Source: an uncultured bacterium (GTDB lineage Bacteria > Patescibacteriota > Minisyncoccia > UBA6257 > 2-01-FULL-56-20). Taken from it: DNA of 64,000 nt. Location of the stretch: the NCBI GenBank assembly GCA_963707865.1, contig OY970175.1, forward strand, positions 16,748-80,747, read 5' to 3'. Below the pieces are notes generated by a model, which was not told the DNA's origin, ran no database searches, and was given only the letters and a program-made list of their open reading frames with translations. Shown piece after piece: positions 49,639 to 59,565 of this stretch; position 1 is the stretch's first letter, and each line of letters begins with the position of its first letter. The position numbers and the translations under genes were made by a program.

Positions 49639-49644
49639 GCTATC

Positions 49645-49816
49645 CTGCGGGTAATTTTGTTGTTCGAACCCGCTTCGGCTCGGGCACTGCGCTCGTTCGC
49701 TTACGAAAATTTGACACCCTCCGCGGCAAGCACGGGGGTCCCGTCAAATTTTCTGCTCACTCGCACGGTGCTGTTTCCTCGCCTCCGCTAGGTTCTCACA
49801 ACAAAATTACCCGCAG
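49645..49816. repeat. 172-bp imperfect rod-like palindrome
   Basis: CTGCGGGTAATTTTGTTGT..ACAACAAAATTACCCGCAG; inner GAAAATTTGAC/GTCAAATTTTC. Confidence 0.85.
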
Positions 49817-49830
49817 AACAACAAATGTCG

Positions 49831-50160
49831 TTATTGCGCGGCAAGTTGATTGATCTTTGCGGCGAGGATGAAATCGTTCTCGGAGAGACCGCCGATGGCG
49901 TGCGTCGTGAGTTCAAAACGGACAAGATTGTAGAAGATGTAAATATCAGGATGGTGCCCCTCCGATTCTGCGAGGTCCGCTACCTTATTAACGAAAGCCA
50001 TCGCTTCTTTGAAATCTTTGAACTTGAATTCTTTCGTGATCTTTTTTCCATCGGGAGACGTCCAGCCGGGCGCGTACTTCAAATAGTTCGGCACGCGTTC
50101 GGGGTCCAGGGGCGGCATGCCGCCTTCGCACGGGATGCAATGTTTTTTCGTGAGGTCCAT
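49831..50160 (-). CDS. phhB: Pterin-4a-carbinolamine dehydratase
   Basis: FKDFKEAM.FVN, EGHHPDI, THAIGGLSENDFILA. Confidence 0.92.
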   Translation of the reverse strand: MDLTKKHCIPCEGGMPPLDPERVPNYLKYAPGWTSPDGKKITKEFKFKDFKEAMAFVNKVADLAESEGHHPDIYIFYNLVRFELTTHAIGGLSENDFILAAKINQLAAQ

Positions 50161-50174
50161 AGAAGTAGGATATG

Positions 50175-51062
50175 TTAAAAACTTGAGGCGTTCACGTGGG
50201 CTGCGGCACTGACGATTTTGCCTAAGAGGTATGTCGCGAGTGCGGTGCCGAGCATTAAAGAGACCGATTCGCTAAACTCGCGCGTGAACTTCCTGTCAAA
50301 GATAACCGCGCCGTAGAATGTGAACGCGGCGAGGAGAATGATGCCGACCGAGGCGGAGGTGACGAATGCCATAAGCATCGTGCGGATGAGGAAATAGGGG
50401 AGCGCGAGGCAAATCACGGAGACCATGTAGGAGATGCCGGTGATGAACGCGGAAAGGACCGGTGACTTGCCCGGGTCTTGCTTCGCTTGGAGGTATGCCG
50501 CCGAGCCCATGGAAATCGCGGCGGCGAATCCGACGATGACGCCGGAGATACCGGCAATGAGCGTGGAACCCGTGACGCCGAGGAATCCCGCGTGCACGCC
50601 CGTGATCTCTACGATCGCGTCAGCGAGTCCGAGGGCCACAAACCCGACGTAAGCGACGCGTTTTTCCCTCAACTGTCCGATGAACGACTGCTCGTGCGAT
50701 TGTTCATCTTCAATGATTTTTTGTAAACGCTCTTTGTGTAAAGAGGGGAGAACGGGGAGCATTGCTTGGTACGTCGCGGTTGAATTCTTTTCGTGCGATT
50801 CCATCCACTTTGCCGTAAAAGTGACACCGAAGACGCTTGCAAGAAGCGGAGTAGCCCAGCGGCCGAACCAATAGGGCTTCGGATCAATGCCCGGCAGAAG
50901 CGTCTTCCAGAATTCGTAATGCGTTTTTTCGTGCGCGGAAAGCTTTTGGAGAAGTGCCTTGTTTTCCGGTTTTTTCTCGCGGCGCGCAAGCGCATGATAC
51001 ACGTAATGTTCCGTGATCTCATTCCGCGCGTGGGAGAGGTATTGTTCTTCGTTATGGTTCAT
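50175..51062 (-). CDS. Rubrerythrin-like plus VIT1/CCC1 membrane protein
   Basis: E..H motifs (HEKTH, DEQSHE); LGLADAIVE, AISMGSAAYL. Confidence 0.85.
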   Translation of the reverse strand: MNHNEEQYLSHARNEITEHYVYHALARREKKPENKALLQKLSAHEKTHYEFWKTLLPGIDPKPYWFGRWATPLLASVFGVTFTAKWMESHEKNSTATYQAMLPVLPSLHKERLQKIIEDEQSHEQSFIGQLREKRVAYVGFVALGLADAIVEITGVHAGFLGVTGSTLIAGISGVIVGFAAAISMGSAAYLQAKQDPGKSPVLSAFITGISYMVSVICLALPYFLIRTMLMAFVTSASVGIILLAAFTFYGAVIFDRKFTREFSESVSLMLGTALATYLLGKIVSAAAHVNASSF

Positions 51063-51064
51063 CG

Positions 51065-51135
51065 TCGGGCCGCCGGGAATCGAACCCGGTCTAAACGCAC
51101 CCCATGCGCTTGTACTACCGGTATACTACGGCCCG
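51065..51135 (-). tRNA. tRNA-Pro(GGG), CCA not encoded
   Basis: CGGGCCG/CGGCCCG acceptor stem, AGCGC-ATGGGGT-GCGTT, GGTTCGATTCCC. Confidence 0.93.
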
Positions 51136-51140
51136 TCCTT

Positions 51141-51953
51141 CTATTTTCTTTTTCTTAATAACTCTACCACTTTTTTGAAGTTTTGCAGTTTTCGATTTAA
51201 ATCGGGGTGCAACCTCCCGCTGCGTAACTCTAGGGCGCTTACTTGCAATGCGATGGCATCGATGAAATATTTGAATAATTTTCTTTCAAAGTCGGGGTGT
51301 TCGTTCGGAGAAGGAGAAAATTCGTTTATTCCTTTTTCAACCAGATCGCTCGGAAATGCAAAATAAAAGAGAGGAACGTGGGCAACGCTGTCTAGGGCTA
51401 TGCCCTTCTTCCCATCCTCATCGCCGAGCCGAAAACCGTATTTCAAGGTCGCGCCGCCGCCGTTGATGTTGCGGTCCTGTACCAGCGCCTTCTTATTTTC
51501 AAAAGCATCGCCTTCCATTGCGCCGACCTCGTCGAAGGCGCAGACAAGATTTCCGGTCACCTTTTCAAAAATAATCGTATCAACCCCGTGTATCATGTCG
51601 TCGTGGGGCGATGATCGGGCAATGATGAAACCAGATCCGAAATATTTGTGGAAGAGGGCGTAGGCAAGCATTTCTAGTTTTTCGCCGCCAGTCATCAGCC
51701 GCTCTTTGTGAAGCATCTCGGCGTTCAGTTGGCCTTCCCTTGTATGCGCAAGATCTTGTCCGGCTTCGGGGTAGATTGCCTTATAGGCAAGCATGTCGAT
51801 GCGCCCATCTGGCCGCAGGGGGACACCCTGCATTCGGGCTTCCGCCGCCGCTGTTTCAATAAATGCCTCAAGACGCTTTAATCCTGAGCGGCCTTCTGCG
51901 ACGGGGGGTTGTACTTCAAGAGGTTTCACTTTGTGACTATGCGGTTTTAGCAC
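51141..51953 (-). CDS. Hypothetical protein (possible PD-(D/E)xK-like fold)
   Basis: GEKLE, HDDMIHGVD, CAFDEV; start uncertain. Confidence 0.6.
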   Translation of the reverse strand: MLKPHSHKVKPLEVQPPVAEGRSGLKRLEAFIETAAAEARMQGVPLRPDGRIDMLAYKAIYPEAGQDLAHTREGQLNAEMLHKERLMTGGEKLEMLAYALFHKYFGSGFIIARSSPHDDMIHGVDTIIFEKVTGNLVCAFDEVGAMEGDAFENKKALVQDRNINGGGATLKYGFRLGDEDGKKGIALDSVAHVPLFYFAFPSDLVEKGINEFSPSPNEHPDFERKLFKYFIDAIALQVSALELRSGRLHPDLNRKLQNFKKVVELLRKRK

Positions 51954-52137
51954 CCGCTGGCTTTTTTGCGAGTGTCTTCAGGCAATTCGTGCAGATGAGC
52001 TTCCGCACGCCGTTTACTTTGGCGTACTGCAAATTGGGATACTTGCGGCTCCAGTTCACGGGGTTATAGTGGCCGCGAAGCAGGCGGCGCGCGCCGCCCA
52101 TTTGTGAGCCCTTATGGCAGAGAGCACATTGTCTCAT
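51937..52137 (-). CDS. rpmB: 50S ribosomal protein L28
   Basis: MRQCALCHKG..RKYPNLQ..ICTNCLK. Confidence 0.9.
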   Translation of the reverse strand: MRQCALCHKGSQMGGARRLLRGHYNPVNWSRKYPNLQYAKVNGVRKLICTNCLKTLAKKPAGAKTA

Positions 52138-52252
52138 GGCGATTATGATATGCGAAAACGGAACTTTTTGCAACTCCGCACGGTTACTGGTTGGGCATTG
52201 CGCCGGGCACGGGGCGCGCGGCGCAGGGGGTCCCGGTCAGCGTCGTCCCGCG

Positions 52253-52738
52253 CTACTCCGCCTTCACGTTCAGCTTCTTCGATTTCCTTTTGTTCGCTTT
52301 TGGCAAATGCACCGTGAGGATGCCGTTCTTGAAGGTCACGCTCGCGCCCTCGGGATCAACTTCTTGGGGAAGGATGATGGAGCGTGCGAACCGGCCCCAG
52401 TAGCATTCCTGATACAGATAATCCTCGCTCTCGGCGCTCCGTACGCGCTCACGCGCGCCGCGGATCACGATGGAATCAGGCGTCACATTCACGTCAATAT
52501 CCTCCGGCTTCACGCCCGCGATCGCGGATTCCACGACGATTTCCGAAGGCGTCTGGTATACGTCTACAGTGAGCTGCCCCTCCGGTTCGTTCACAGGCTC
52601 TAGTTTCTGGCGCGTCGCTTTCGGCCGCGCGGCGAGTACGCTCGCGTCGGCTTTTGCGAGTTCAACTTCGTAATGTGCACCGGCATCCGACTTCGCACCC
52701 GCCAATGATTCAAAAAATTTTTCGTCTTGCGTGTCCAT
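52253..52738 (-). CDS. Hsp20/alpha-crystallin small heat shock protein
   Basis: VDVYQT, ECYWGRFARSIILP, FKNGILTVHLPK. Confidence 0.93.
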   Translation of the reverse strand: MDTQDEKFFESLAGAKSDAGAHYEVELAKADASVLAARPKATRQKLEPVNEPEGQLTVDVYQTPSEIVVESAIAGVKPEDIDVNVTPDSIVIRGARERVRSAESEDYLYQECYWGRFARSIILPQEVDPEGASVTFKNGILTVHLPKANKRKSKKLNVKAE

Positions 52739-52740
52739 AA

Positions 52741-53430
52741 TTATGCAGGGGATACTTTCAATTTCTCAAAGTCGTTCAGTACGAAGAAGCCGACGATGAG
52801 AAGGAATACGACCACATACGTCGCATCCCCGTAATTCAGTATAAGATAGTTGAAAAATGCGTGCAAGGCAGTAGCGATTACAAGGCCAATCACAAGATTT
52901 TGCCCTATTTTCTTCCGCGCAATGCCGAGTGCCCAGTGGTATCCCACGATGCCCGACGTGAGCGCATGGAGTAGGGTGGCGCCCACGAACCGGAGCGAGG
53001 CGGTCGCGAAGAACATGCCAACCAGTGCCGTCTGCGAAACTCCGAGAGAGATATTAGAAACGGCACCGATATTCTCCAACGTCGCGAATCCCATCGCGGC
53101 CACGATCATGTAAAGCATGCGTTCCACCGGCTCATCAAGCAGCGGGCTTTTGCCGACCGCGAAATACGCCGCGCCGAATTTCATCACTTCTTCAATGAGC
53201 GCGAGTCCCGCGAGCGAAATAAGGGAAAATTCCTGGATACCCCATTGGTTCTCCGCATGGCCAAATATCTGTTCAATAACAATCGTGAAGAACCCGAACG
53301 CAACGCCCACGAAGAATGTGAGCACGATCAGGCGCTTCGGCTCGGGATGCGGTTCTTCGGTGAAATAAAACACGAGCCAGGCGAATCCGGGCAGGAGGCC
53401 GAACACGAGCGTGACAACAACCAAGGGCAT
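52741..53430 (-). CDS. PrsW-family intramembrane metalloprotease
   Basis: IEEVMK, GFATLEN, LHAL, LHAFFN. Confidence 0.9.
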   Translation of the reverse strand: MPLVVVTLVFGLLPGFAWLVFYFTEEPHPEPKRLIVLTFFVGVAFGFFTIVIEQIFGHAENQWGIQEFSLISLAGLALIEEVMKFGAAYFAVGKSPLLDEPVERMLYMIVAAMGFATLENIGAVSNISLGVSQTALVGMFFATASLRFVGATLLHALTSGIVGYHWALGIARKKIGQNLVIGLVIATALHAFFNYLILNYGDATYVVVFLLIVGFFVLNDFEKLKVSPA

Positions 53431-53450
53431 TGTTTTATTGTATCATCTCG

Positions 53451-55607
53451 CTACCACCTCTCTACCATGAGCATTTTCCCCGGGCGGAAAATATCGTATA
53501 TCTCTTCCGTGAGGAATGGCATGAACGGATGGAGCATTTTGAGCGACTCCAAGAGCAGGTGTTCAAGGAGCGCGTAGCTTTCCGCTTTTTCTGCCGCGGT
53601 GCCGTCGCGGAGCTTATTTTTTTTGGCCTCCACAATCTTGTCGGCAACCGTATGCCAGACATAATGATAAAGTTTTTCCGCCGCGAGATGGAAATCAAAA
53701 CTTTCAAGGTGTGCCGTCACTTCTTTTTTGAGCGCGGCGAGCTCTTTTACTTCTTCGTGCTTTGCGAGCGCCGGCTCGTCCGCACGCGCGGCGTTCGCGG
53801 TGGCGGTCGTGGCGTCAGCGGCGTCCATTTCCACGGGTTTGTTCATCTGGATAAACCGCGCGATGTTCCAGAGCTTCGTGGAGAAGTTGCGATAGCCGCG
53901 GATACGGTTCTCGCTGAGCGCGAGCGATGTGCCGGGGGTGTTGCCAATAATCAGTCCGATTCGGAAAGCGTCGGTGCCGTACTTTACGGTAAGATCAAGC
54001 GGGTTGATAACGTTATTACGGCTCTTACTCATTTTTTTCCCCTTGGCATCAAGGACAAGACCATGGAGATAGACAGTCTTGAAGGGGACCGTGCCGGTAA
54101 CATAAAGGCCGAACATGATCATGCGCGCGACCCAGAAAAAGATGATTTCCCCGGCAGTTTCCATGACGCTCGTGGGATAAAAAGTTTTGAAATCCTTTGA
54201 ATCGGGATAGCCCAAGCTGGCGTATGGCCACTGGCCTGACGAGAACCATGTGTCAAAGGTATCGGTTTCCTGCCGCACGTCGCTTTTGCAGTCGGGGCAT
54301 TTTATAACGGTATTTTCAATGTCTACGACGCCTTTGCCGCATCGTTCGCAAATCTTCGCGGGGATAGGGATTCCCCATACGATCTGTCGCGAGATGTTCC
54401 AGTCGATGATGTTCTCAAGCCAGTGGAGAGATATCTTTTTATAGTGCTCCGGCAGGAACGTGACGTCACCACGCTCAATAGCTTTGATAGCCGGCGCTGC
54501 AAGCGGCTTCATTTTCACGAACCATTGGTCTTTGATCTGGGGTTCGATGAGCGTTCCGCACTTGTAGCATTTTTTCACCACATGGGCATAATGCTCGTCT
54601 ATCTTTTCAACGAGTCCTTTGGCTTTCAGTTTCTCAATGATTTTCGGCCGTGCGTCCAATATTTTCATGCCGGCAAATTCTCCCGCGATGGGGAGAAGCC
54701 GCCCGTTGAAGTCAATGATCTGTTCCCGGTCCAGCCCGTGCCGTTCGGCGATTTCAAAATCCACGGGATCGTGCCAGGGAGTTATTGTCATGACGCCAGT
54801 CCCAAAGCCCATGTCAATGGCGGTATCCTTGATTATCGTCGCCGTGATGGGGCCATTGATCCACTCCAATTCTATTTTTTGACCATCTTTGTACTTTGTG
54901 TACCGTTTGTCGTCAGGGTGCATGACGACATATTTGTCTCCGAACTTTGTTTCGGGCCGCGCCGTGGCGATCGTGAACGGCCCGTATCTCAGATAATAAA
55001 ATTTGTCGGTTTGCTCCTCATCGCTGGTTTCGAGGTCCGAGAGCGATGTTTGATGCTTGGGGCACCAGTTTACGATTTTTCTCCCGCGATATACCAAACC
55101 GTCATTCGCCAGCTTCTTGAAGGTATGATACACAGTTTTCACGACATCGGGGTCAAGCGTGAATTTTTCGCGCGACCAGTCGCACGATGCTCCCATACTC
55201 CTCGTTTGGTCCTCTATATTTTTCTTGTTGTTGAGCGTGAATTCCGATATCTCTTTATAAAGCTGGTCGTGGTCCATGCCAAAACGGGAACGTCCTTCTT
55301 TCTCCAATTGCCGTTCGTACACAACTTGCGTTTCAAATCCGGCGTGGTCCAATCCCGGCAACCATAAGGTTTTGTGACCGCGCATCCTATGATAACGCGT
55401 CATGATGTCTTCCACGGTGAGCACAAGGCCGTGGCCCGCATGAAGATTGCCGTTCGCGTTCGTTGGCGGCATGATAATCGTGAACGGTTTGGCGTCCGGC
55501 TCAGCCACTCCTTTTTCGACGCAAACGTCGGGATTGAAAAATCCGGATTTTTCCCAGCGCTCGTAAATTCTGGACTCAACTTCTTTTATGTCGTAGCGCG
55601 GTTCCAT
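53451..55607 (-). CDS. valS: Valine-tRNA ligase (no C-terminal coiled coil)
   Basis: LHAGH, DWNISRQIVWG, DTWFSSG, KMSKS. Confidence 0.96.
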   Translation of the reverse strand: MEPRYDIKEVESRIYERWEKSGFFNPDVCVEKGVAEPDAKPFTIIMPPTNANGNLHAGHGLVLTVEDIMTRYHRMRGHKTLWLPGLDHAGFETQVVYERQLEKEGRSRFGMDHDQLYKEISEFTLNNKKNIEDQTRSMGASCDWSREKFTLDPDVVKTVYHTFKKLANDGLVYRGRKIVNWCPKHQTSLSDLETSDEEQTDKFYYLRYGPFTIATARPETKFGDKYVVMHPDDKRYTKYKDGQKIELEWINGPITATIIKDTAIDMGFGTGVMTITPWHDPVDFEIAERHGLDREQIIDFNGRLLPIAGEFAGMKILDARPKIIEKLKAKGLVEKIDEHYAHVVKKCYKCGTLIEPQIKDQWFVKMKPLAAPAIKAIERGDVTFLPEHYKKISLHWLENIIDWNISRQIVWGIPIPAKICERCGKGVVDIENTVIKCPDCKSDVRQETDTFDTWFSSGQWPYASLGYPDSKDFKTFYPTSVMETAGEIIFFWVARMIMFGLYVTGTVPFKTVYLHGLVLDAKGKKMSKSRNNVINPLDLTVKYGTDAFRIGLIIGNTPGTSLALSENRIRGYRNFSTKLWNIARFIQMNKPVEMDAADATTATANAARADEPALAKHEEVKELAALKKEVTAHLESFDFHLAAEKLYHYVWHTVADKIVEAKKNKLRDGTAAEKAESYALLEHLLLESLKMLHPFMPFLTEEIYDIFRPGKMLMVERW

Positions 55608-55693
55608 GACGTAATAAGCCCATCATACGCGTTTTTCGCACGTTTTTAAAGATATAAAAAAGAAGGCAAAAAAGTGTGACCGCCCGGTTCTTT

Positions 55694-56143
55694 CTACGAA
55701 GAATCCGGGCGGCGGATGAGTCTCACGATGGAGATACCGATAGACACTCCCATCGTTACCCCAGACGAAACGTTACCTGTCAGGGCACCGTAGGAGTATG
55801 TCCAAAAGCAAGTAAAGAGGAGGCAGGAATTACAGATGGTGCGTTCCAGTCCCTCCGCTGTGAGGCGTTCCCAAAACAACGCCGCTCCGCCAACCAACAT
55901 GGCCACCCAAGGAGCGACACATTTTGGTTGAATTATCGATCCTATTATAACAGCGAAGAGGGCGACGCTCCCAAGGGCCAAGAGAAATCCAATAATTACG
56001 TCCTCAATGAAGTAAGGTCCCTTTTCGTGCCACCACTGTTTCGGCGATTGTGGGAATAATCGTTTCAGCAGTCGTTTCGCGCGCAGATACCCGATTAACA
56101 AAGAGCGTCGGATGCGCCATCCTATTCTAATCATTTGGTGCAT
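55694..56143 (-). CDS. Hypothetical membrane protein
   Basis: SD GGGAGGTG upstream; four hydrophobic segments. Confidence 0.55.
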   Translation of the reverse strand: MHQMIRIGWRIRRSLLIGYLRAKRLLKRLFPQSPKQWWHEKGPYFIEDVIIGFLLALGSVALFAVIIGSIIQPKCVAPWVAMLVGGAALFWERLTAEGLERTICNSCLLFTCFWTYSYGALTGNVSSGVTMGVSIGISIVRLIRRPDSS

Positions 56144-56203
56144 TGTGCACCTCCCGCTAATTGTTGTAATGCTCGGTCAGCGTTTTGTCAACCTGCCGCC
56201 GGT

Positions 56204-57319
56204 CTATCGTACCGCTTGGAGATAGGCAATGAGTGAATTCCACGCGTCGTGAACGGCGGGGAAGAGTGCGATTGTGGTGTAAATAAAGAGGATGAGGAGG
56301 ATCAGCGTAAGGAACCCGCTTTCGTGATGGTGATAGTAGTAGCCGTTGCGGGAATAGCAGTGGGCGTTGTGGATGAGATGCCGGAAGGGGAGCGAGACAA
56401 GCCAGAAGAGGGCGATGATAAATACGATGGAAACCCAGAGTGGATGGCCAACGCCTAAAGCATGTCCGAAGACCGTGCCGTGGAAAACGAGCGACCAGAG
56501 CGCGATGACAAAGAGTACGAAGAGTGCAACGCTCACGATCGTTCCGACGAGCGCGCCGAACCAGCCGCACGCGCCGCATCCGCGATGCTCCGCGCGTGCT
56601 TCCTCGCGCCGCATGTCCCGGTCCCTTCGCCGTTCCTTCCGCCACGCGTGCCGCTTCGCGCGCATCTCGTACTTCCACGCGCGCATTTTTTGTTTCCATT
56701 CCTGCTTGCTTTTGCTCGGATCGGGTTGGTATTTTTCGTATTCCACCCGCGCTCGGTCAATGAAATCCTGCGCGGTGAGCGGCGGTTCGCCATGTGCCTG
56801 CGCGATCTCATCTTCCGTGTGCGCGATGGGCATCACGAGCGTGAGGACAATATATGCGACGATCCAACCCCCGCCTGTAAATATAGTGAGCAGCACAAAA
56901 AGCACGCGGACGAGCGTAACGTCAATATTGAAATACGCCGCAAGGCCGGTGCAGACACCCTTCAACATCGATCCTTCAAAGATGCGATAGAGCCGCTTCG
57001 GCGCTGCGGATTTTTTTTGAGCGCCGGATGCAGCTGCACCTGCGTCCGTATCCGCGCCCGCCCGCGCTCCCTCCACGGGCCCCATCTTCGCGATGATCTC
57101 TTCCACCTCTTTTTCCGTGACTACGTTTTTCCCGCCGCGCAAATAGCTGTCGCACTTGTCCGCGATCGCCTGTTCAAAGTCCGCCATGATCTCGTCCTTG
57201 TCCGGATTATCTCTGAGTGTCGTAGCGGCGTGATCCAAATATTTTCGCAAGGCATCGTAGCCCGCTTCCTCCAACTGGTACGCCCTGCCGTTCAGATTGA
57301 TGGTGATAACTTTATTCAT
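56204..57319 (-). CDS. PspC domain-containing membrane protein
   Basis: MNKVITINLNG; KRLYR..GVCTGLAAYFNID..RVLFV. Confidence 0.9.
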   Translation of the reverse strand: MNKVITINLNGRAYQLEEAGYDALRKYLDHAATTLRDNPDKDEIMADFEQAIADKCDSYLRGGKNVVTEKEVEEIIAKMGPVEGARAGADTDAGAAASGAQKKSAAPKRLYRIFEGSMLKGVCTGLAAYFNIDVTLVRVLFVLLTIFTGGGWIVAYIVLTLVMPIAHTEDEIAQAHGEPPLTAQDFIDRARVEYEKYQPDPSKSKQEWKQKMRAWKYEMRAKRHAWRKERRRDRDMRREEARAEHRGCGACGWFGALVGTIVSVALFVLFVIALWSLVFHGTVFGHALGVGHPLWVSIVFIIALFWLVSLPFRHLIHNAHCYSRNGYYYHHHESGFLTLILLILFIYTTIALFPAVHDAWNSLIAYLQAVR

Positions 57320-57678
57320 ATTCTTGTTTTGATTTGTTTTGTTCCGACTTTTTTGATGAATTTGTCCAGGATTTCCCAATATGCTTCCAATTCCTCAAGC
57401 TGCTCCTTGCCTCCGTCCGTGAGGCGATAATATTTCCGCGGCGGGCCTGCGGCGGACTCCACCCATTCATAGTCCACGCTCCCCTCACGCCGGAGCTCGC
57501 TCAAAAGGGGATAGAGCGTGCCCTCCTGCGTTTCAAATTCGGTGTCCACGAGGATCTGCAGAATATCCGCGGCGTAGACCTTGTGCGCCCCGATGATCTT
57601 TAAAACCACGAGCTCAAGAAGGCCCTTCCGTATCGGGGTGAATTTGTCCTTTGCTTTAGGCGCCTTTTCTGTGGGCAT
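57316..57678 (-). CDS. PadR-family transcriptional regulator
   Basis: RKGLLE, EGTLYPLL, GPPRKYYRLT. Confidence 0.93.
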   Translation of the reverse strand: MPTEKAPKAKDKFTPIRKGLLELVVLKIIGAHKVYAADILQILVDTEFETQEGTLYPLLSELRREGSVDYEWVESAAGPPRKYYRLTDGGKEQLEELEAYWEILDKFIKKVGTKQIKTRI

Positions 57679-57765
57679 AGTCCCATTATAGCAAGCTACC
57701 TTGCTGTGTCAAGGTACCGCCTGTGGATAACAAAATATGTTATACTCAACCCTACAACTAAACAG

Positions 57766-57879
57766 TTTATCTTGAGCGTGGCGAGGGAACTGGCCCAATG
57801 ACCCACCGACAACCCCCGGCAAGGCGCAATTGCGCGGCGACGAAAGGGTGTCACATCCAGCCCGCAAGGGAAAGATAAA
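57766..57879 (+). promoter_or_regulatory. SAM-I riboswitch
   Basis: TTTATC-TTGAG-CGTGG-CGAGGGA-CTGG-CCC..ATGA..GACAACC..GGTGTC..TCCAG..AAAGATAAA upstream of metK. Confidence 0.92.
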
Positions 57880-57885
57880 GGTCGC

Positions 57886-57915
57886 AATGCTTTTCTTTGG
57901 GGAAGGGCATTTTTT
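57886..57915 (+). terminator. Riboswitch expression-platform terminator
   Basis: AATGCTTTTC/GAAGGGCATT stem with T run. Confidence 0.75.
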
Positions 57916-57999
57916 ATTCTGTTCGGTTGGGAAATTGTTTGCGGGAGGTTTTCCTGAAGGCGCCGGAAAATAAATTAAATAGAAATAAATTAATTAAAA

Positions 58000-58998
58000 A
58001 TGAGCACAATTATAAAAACCGCGGAGTTCGTTTCGCCGAAGCATCCGGACAAGGCCTGCGACCAGATTGCGGACGCGCTTCTTGACGCTTATCTTGCGGG
58101 CGACAAAGCGGGGGGGCCGCGAAGCCGCGTGGCGGTGGAGGTGATGGGCGGGCACGGACACATCACGATCTCGGGCGAGGTCACGAGCGCGACCGAGGTG
58201 GACATTCCCATGGTGGTGAAGAGAATCGTGGGTCAGGAATACGAAGTTCATCCGTACCTTACGAGGCAAAGCCCGCAGATCGCGCAGGGCGTGGACACGG
58301 GTGGCGCAGGAGACCAGGGGATCATGATGGGCTATGCCACGCGCGAAACGGAAAATTTCATGCCGGTTGAATACGAACTCGCGCGGAAACTGTGCCGCGC
58401 GATCTACGAAAAATATCCGTACGACGGGAAAACGCAGGTGACGGTGGAATGGCCGAGCGGTACGGGGAACGGAACGCCAAAAGTGCGCACGGTCGTCGCA
58501 AGTTTCCAGAACACAAAGAATGCGGAACTCCTCGCGCTTGCACAGAAGGCGATGCAGGAATTCGGGTACGACGCCCAAGAATATCTGATAAATCCGGCAG
58601 GCGAGTGGACGCTTGGGAGCTTTGATGCGGATTCGGGACTCTCCGGCAGGAAGATCGTGATAGACAACTATGGCCCGGAGGTCGGCGTGGGCGGCGGCTC
58701 ATTTTCGGGAAAAGATTACACAAAAGTGGACCGGTCGGGCGCGTACATGACGCGGCGGATCGCAGTGGATTATTTGAAGAACCATCCGGAGGCAAAGACC
58801 GCGCGCGCGAAGCTCGCCTACGCGATCGGGAAAGCGGAACCCGTGATGGCGGTCATAGAAGTGAATGGCGAAGAGTTCCCGATAGAAGGATACGACCTCA
58901 CGCCAAAAGGAATTTTCACGTTTCTGAAATTGAGCGAGGTGAAATGGTTAGAGACGGCCGCGTGGGGCCACTTCGGAAGGGAGTTCAGCTGGGGATAG
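58000..58998 (+). CDS. metK: S-adenosylmethionine synthetase
   Basis: EFVSPKHPDK, GAGDQG, GLSGRKI, GGGSFSGKDYTKVDRS. Confidence 0.96.
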   Translation: MSTIIKTAEFVSPKHPDKACDQIADALLDAYLAGDKAGGPRSRVAVEVMGGHGHITISGEVTSATEVDIPMVVKRIVGQEYEVHPYLTRQSPQIAQGVDTGGAGDQGIMMGYATRETENFMPVEYELARKLCRAIYEKYPYDGKTQVTVEWPSGTGNGTPKVRTVVASFQNTKNAELLALAQKAMQEFGYDAQEYLINPAGEWTLGSFDADSGLSGRKIVIDNYGPEVGVGGGSFSGKDYTKVDRSGAYMTRRIAVDYLKNHPEAKTARAKLAYAIGKAEPVMAVIEVNGEEFPIEGYDLTPKGIFTFLKLSEVKWLETAAWGHFGREFSWG

Positions 58999-59019
58999 GA
59001 ACGCACCAGGCGTTGTTTG

Positions 59020-59481
59020 CTAGTTCAGCGTCCAGACGGCGTAGTTTAAATACCCGGCGAAGCTGACCCAGAGGATATAGGGCAGAAGAAGATATGCGGC
59101 CACGGGAGAGATTTTATAGAACGTAAGAATAGTGGCGAGGATCGCGAGCCAGAGAAGAACGATGTCCGCGAATGCGCCCGCGGGGTTGTGCGCGCCGAAA
59201 AATATCGCCGACCACGCCATGTTCAAGAGCAATTGAACGCCGAATATGATGAGCGCGGTCCGGACCTCGGTGCGTTCAAATCCTTTTTGCCACACAAGAA
59301 ACGCCGCGATGCCCATCAAAAGATAAAGCGTTGTCCAGACGGGGCCGAAGATCCAGTTTGGAGGATTCAGAGCGGGCTTTATAAGCCCCGCGTACCAGCC
59401 AGAAATGGCAGGGACGGTAAATATGGAACCCACGGCGCCAGCGAGTTCGCAGATAACGACGGCAACGACGAGCTGGACCAT
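59020..59481 (-). CDS. tspO: TspO/MBR tryptophan-rich sensory protein
   Basis: WY..LIKP..PP.WIFGPVW, LLLPYILWVSFA.YLN. Confidence 0.93.
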   Translation of the reverse strand: MVQLVVAVVICELAGAVGSIFTVPAISGWYAGLIKPALNPPNWIFGPVWTTLYLLMGIAAFLVWQKGFERTEVRTALIIFGVQLLLNMAWSAIFFGAHNPAGAFADIVLLWLAILATILTFYKISPVAAYLLLPYILWVSFAGYLNYAVWTLN

Positions 59482-59565
59482 AAGAAAAGTATAACAGGTT
59501 CTAAAATGAAGAGCGCCGTTCCCTGGTGGAACGGCGCCGTCTTGCCGTGTAGACAAGACGAAATA

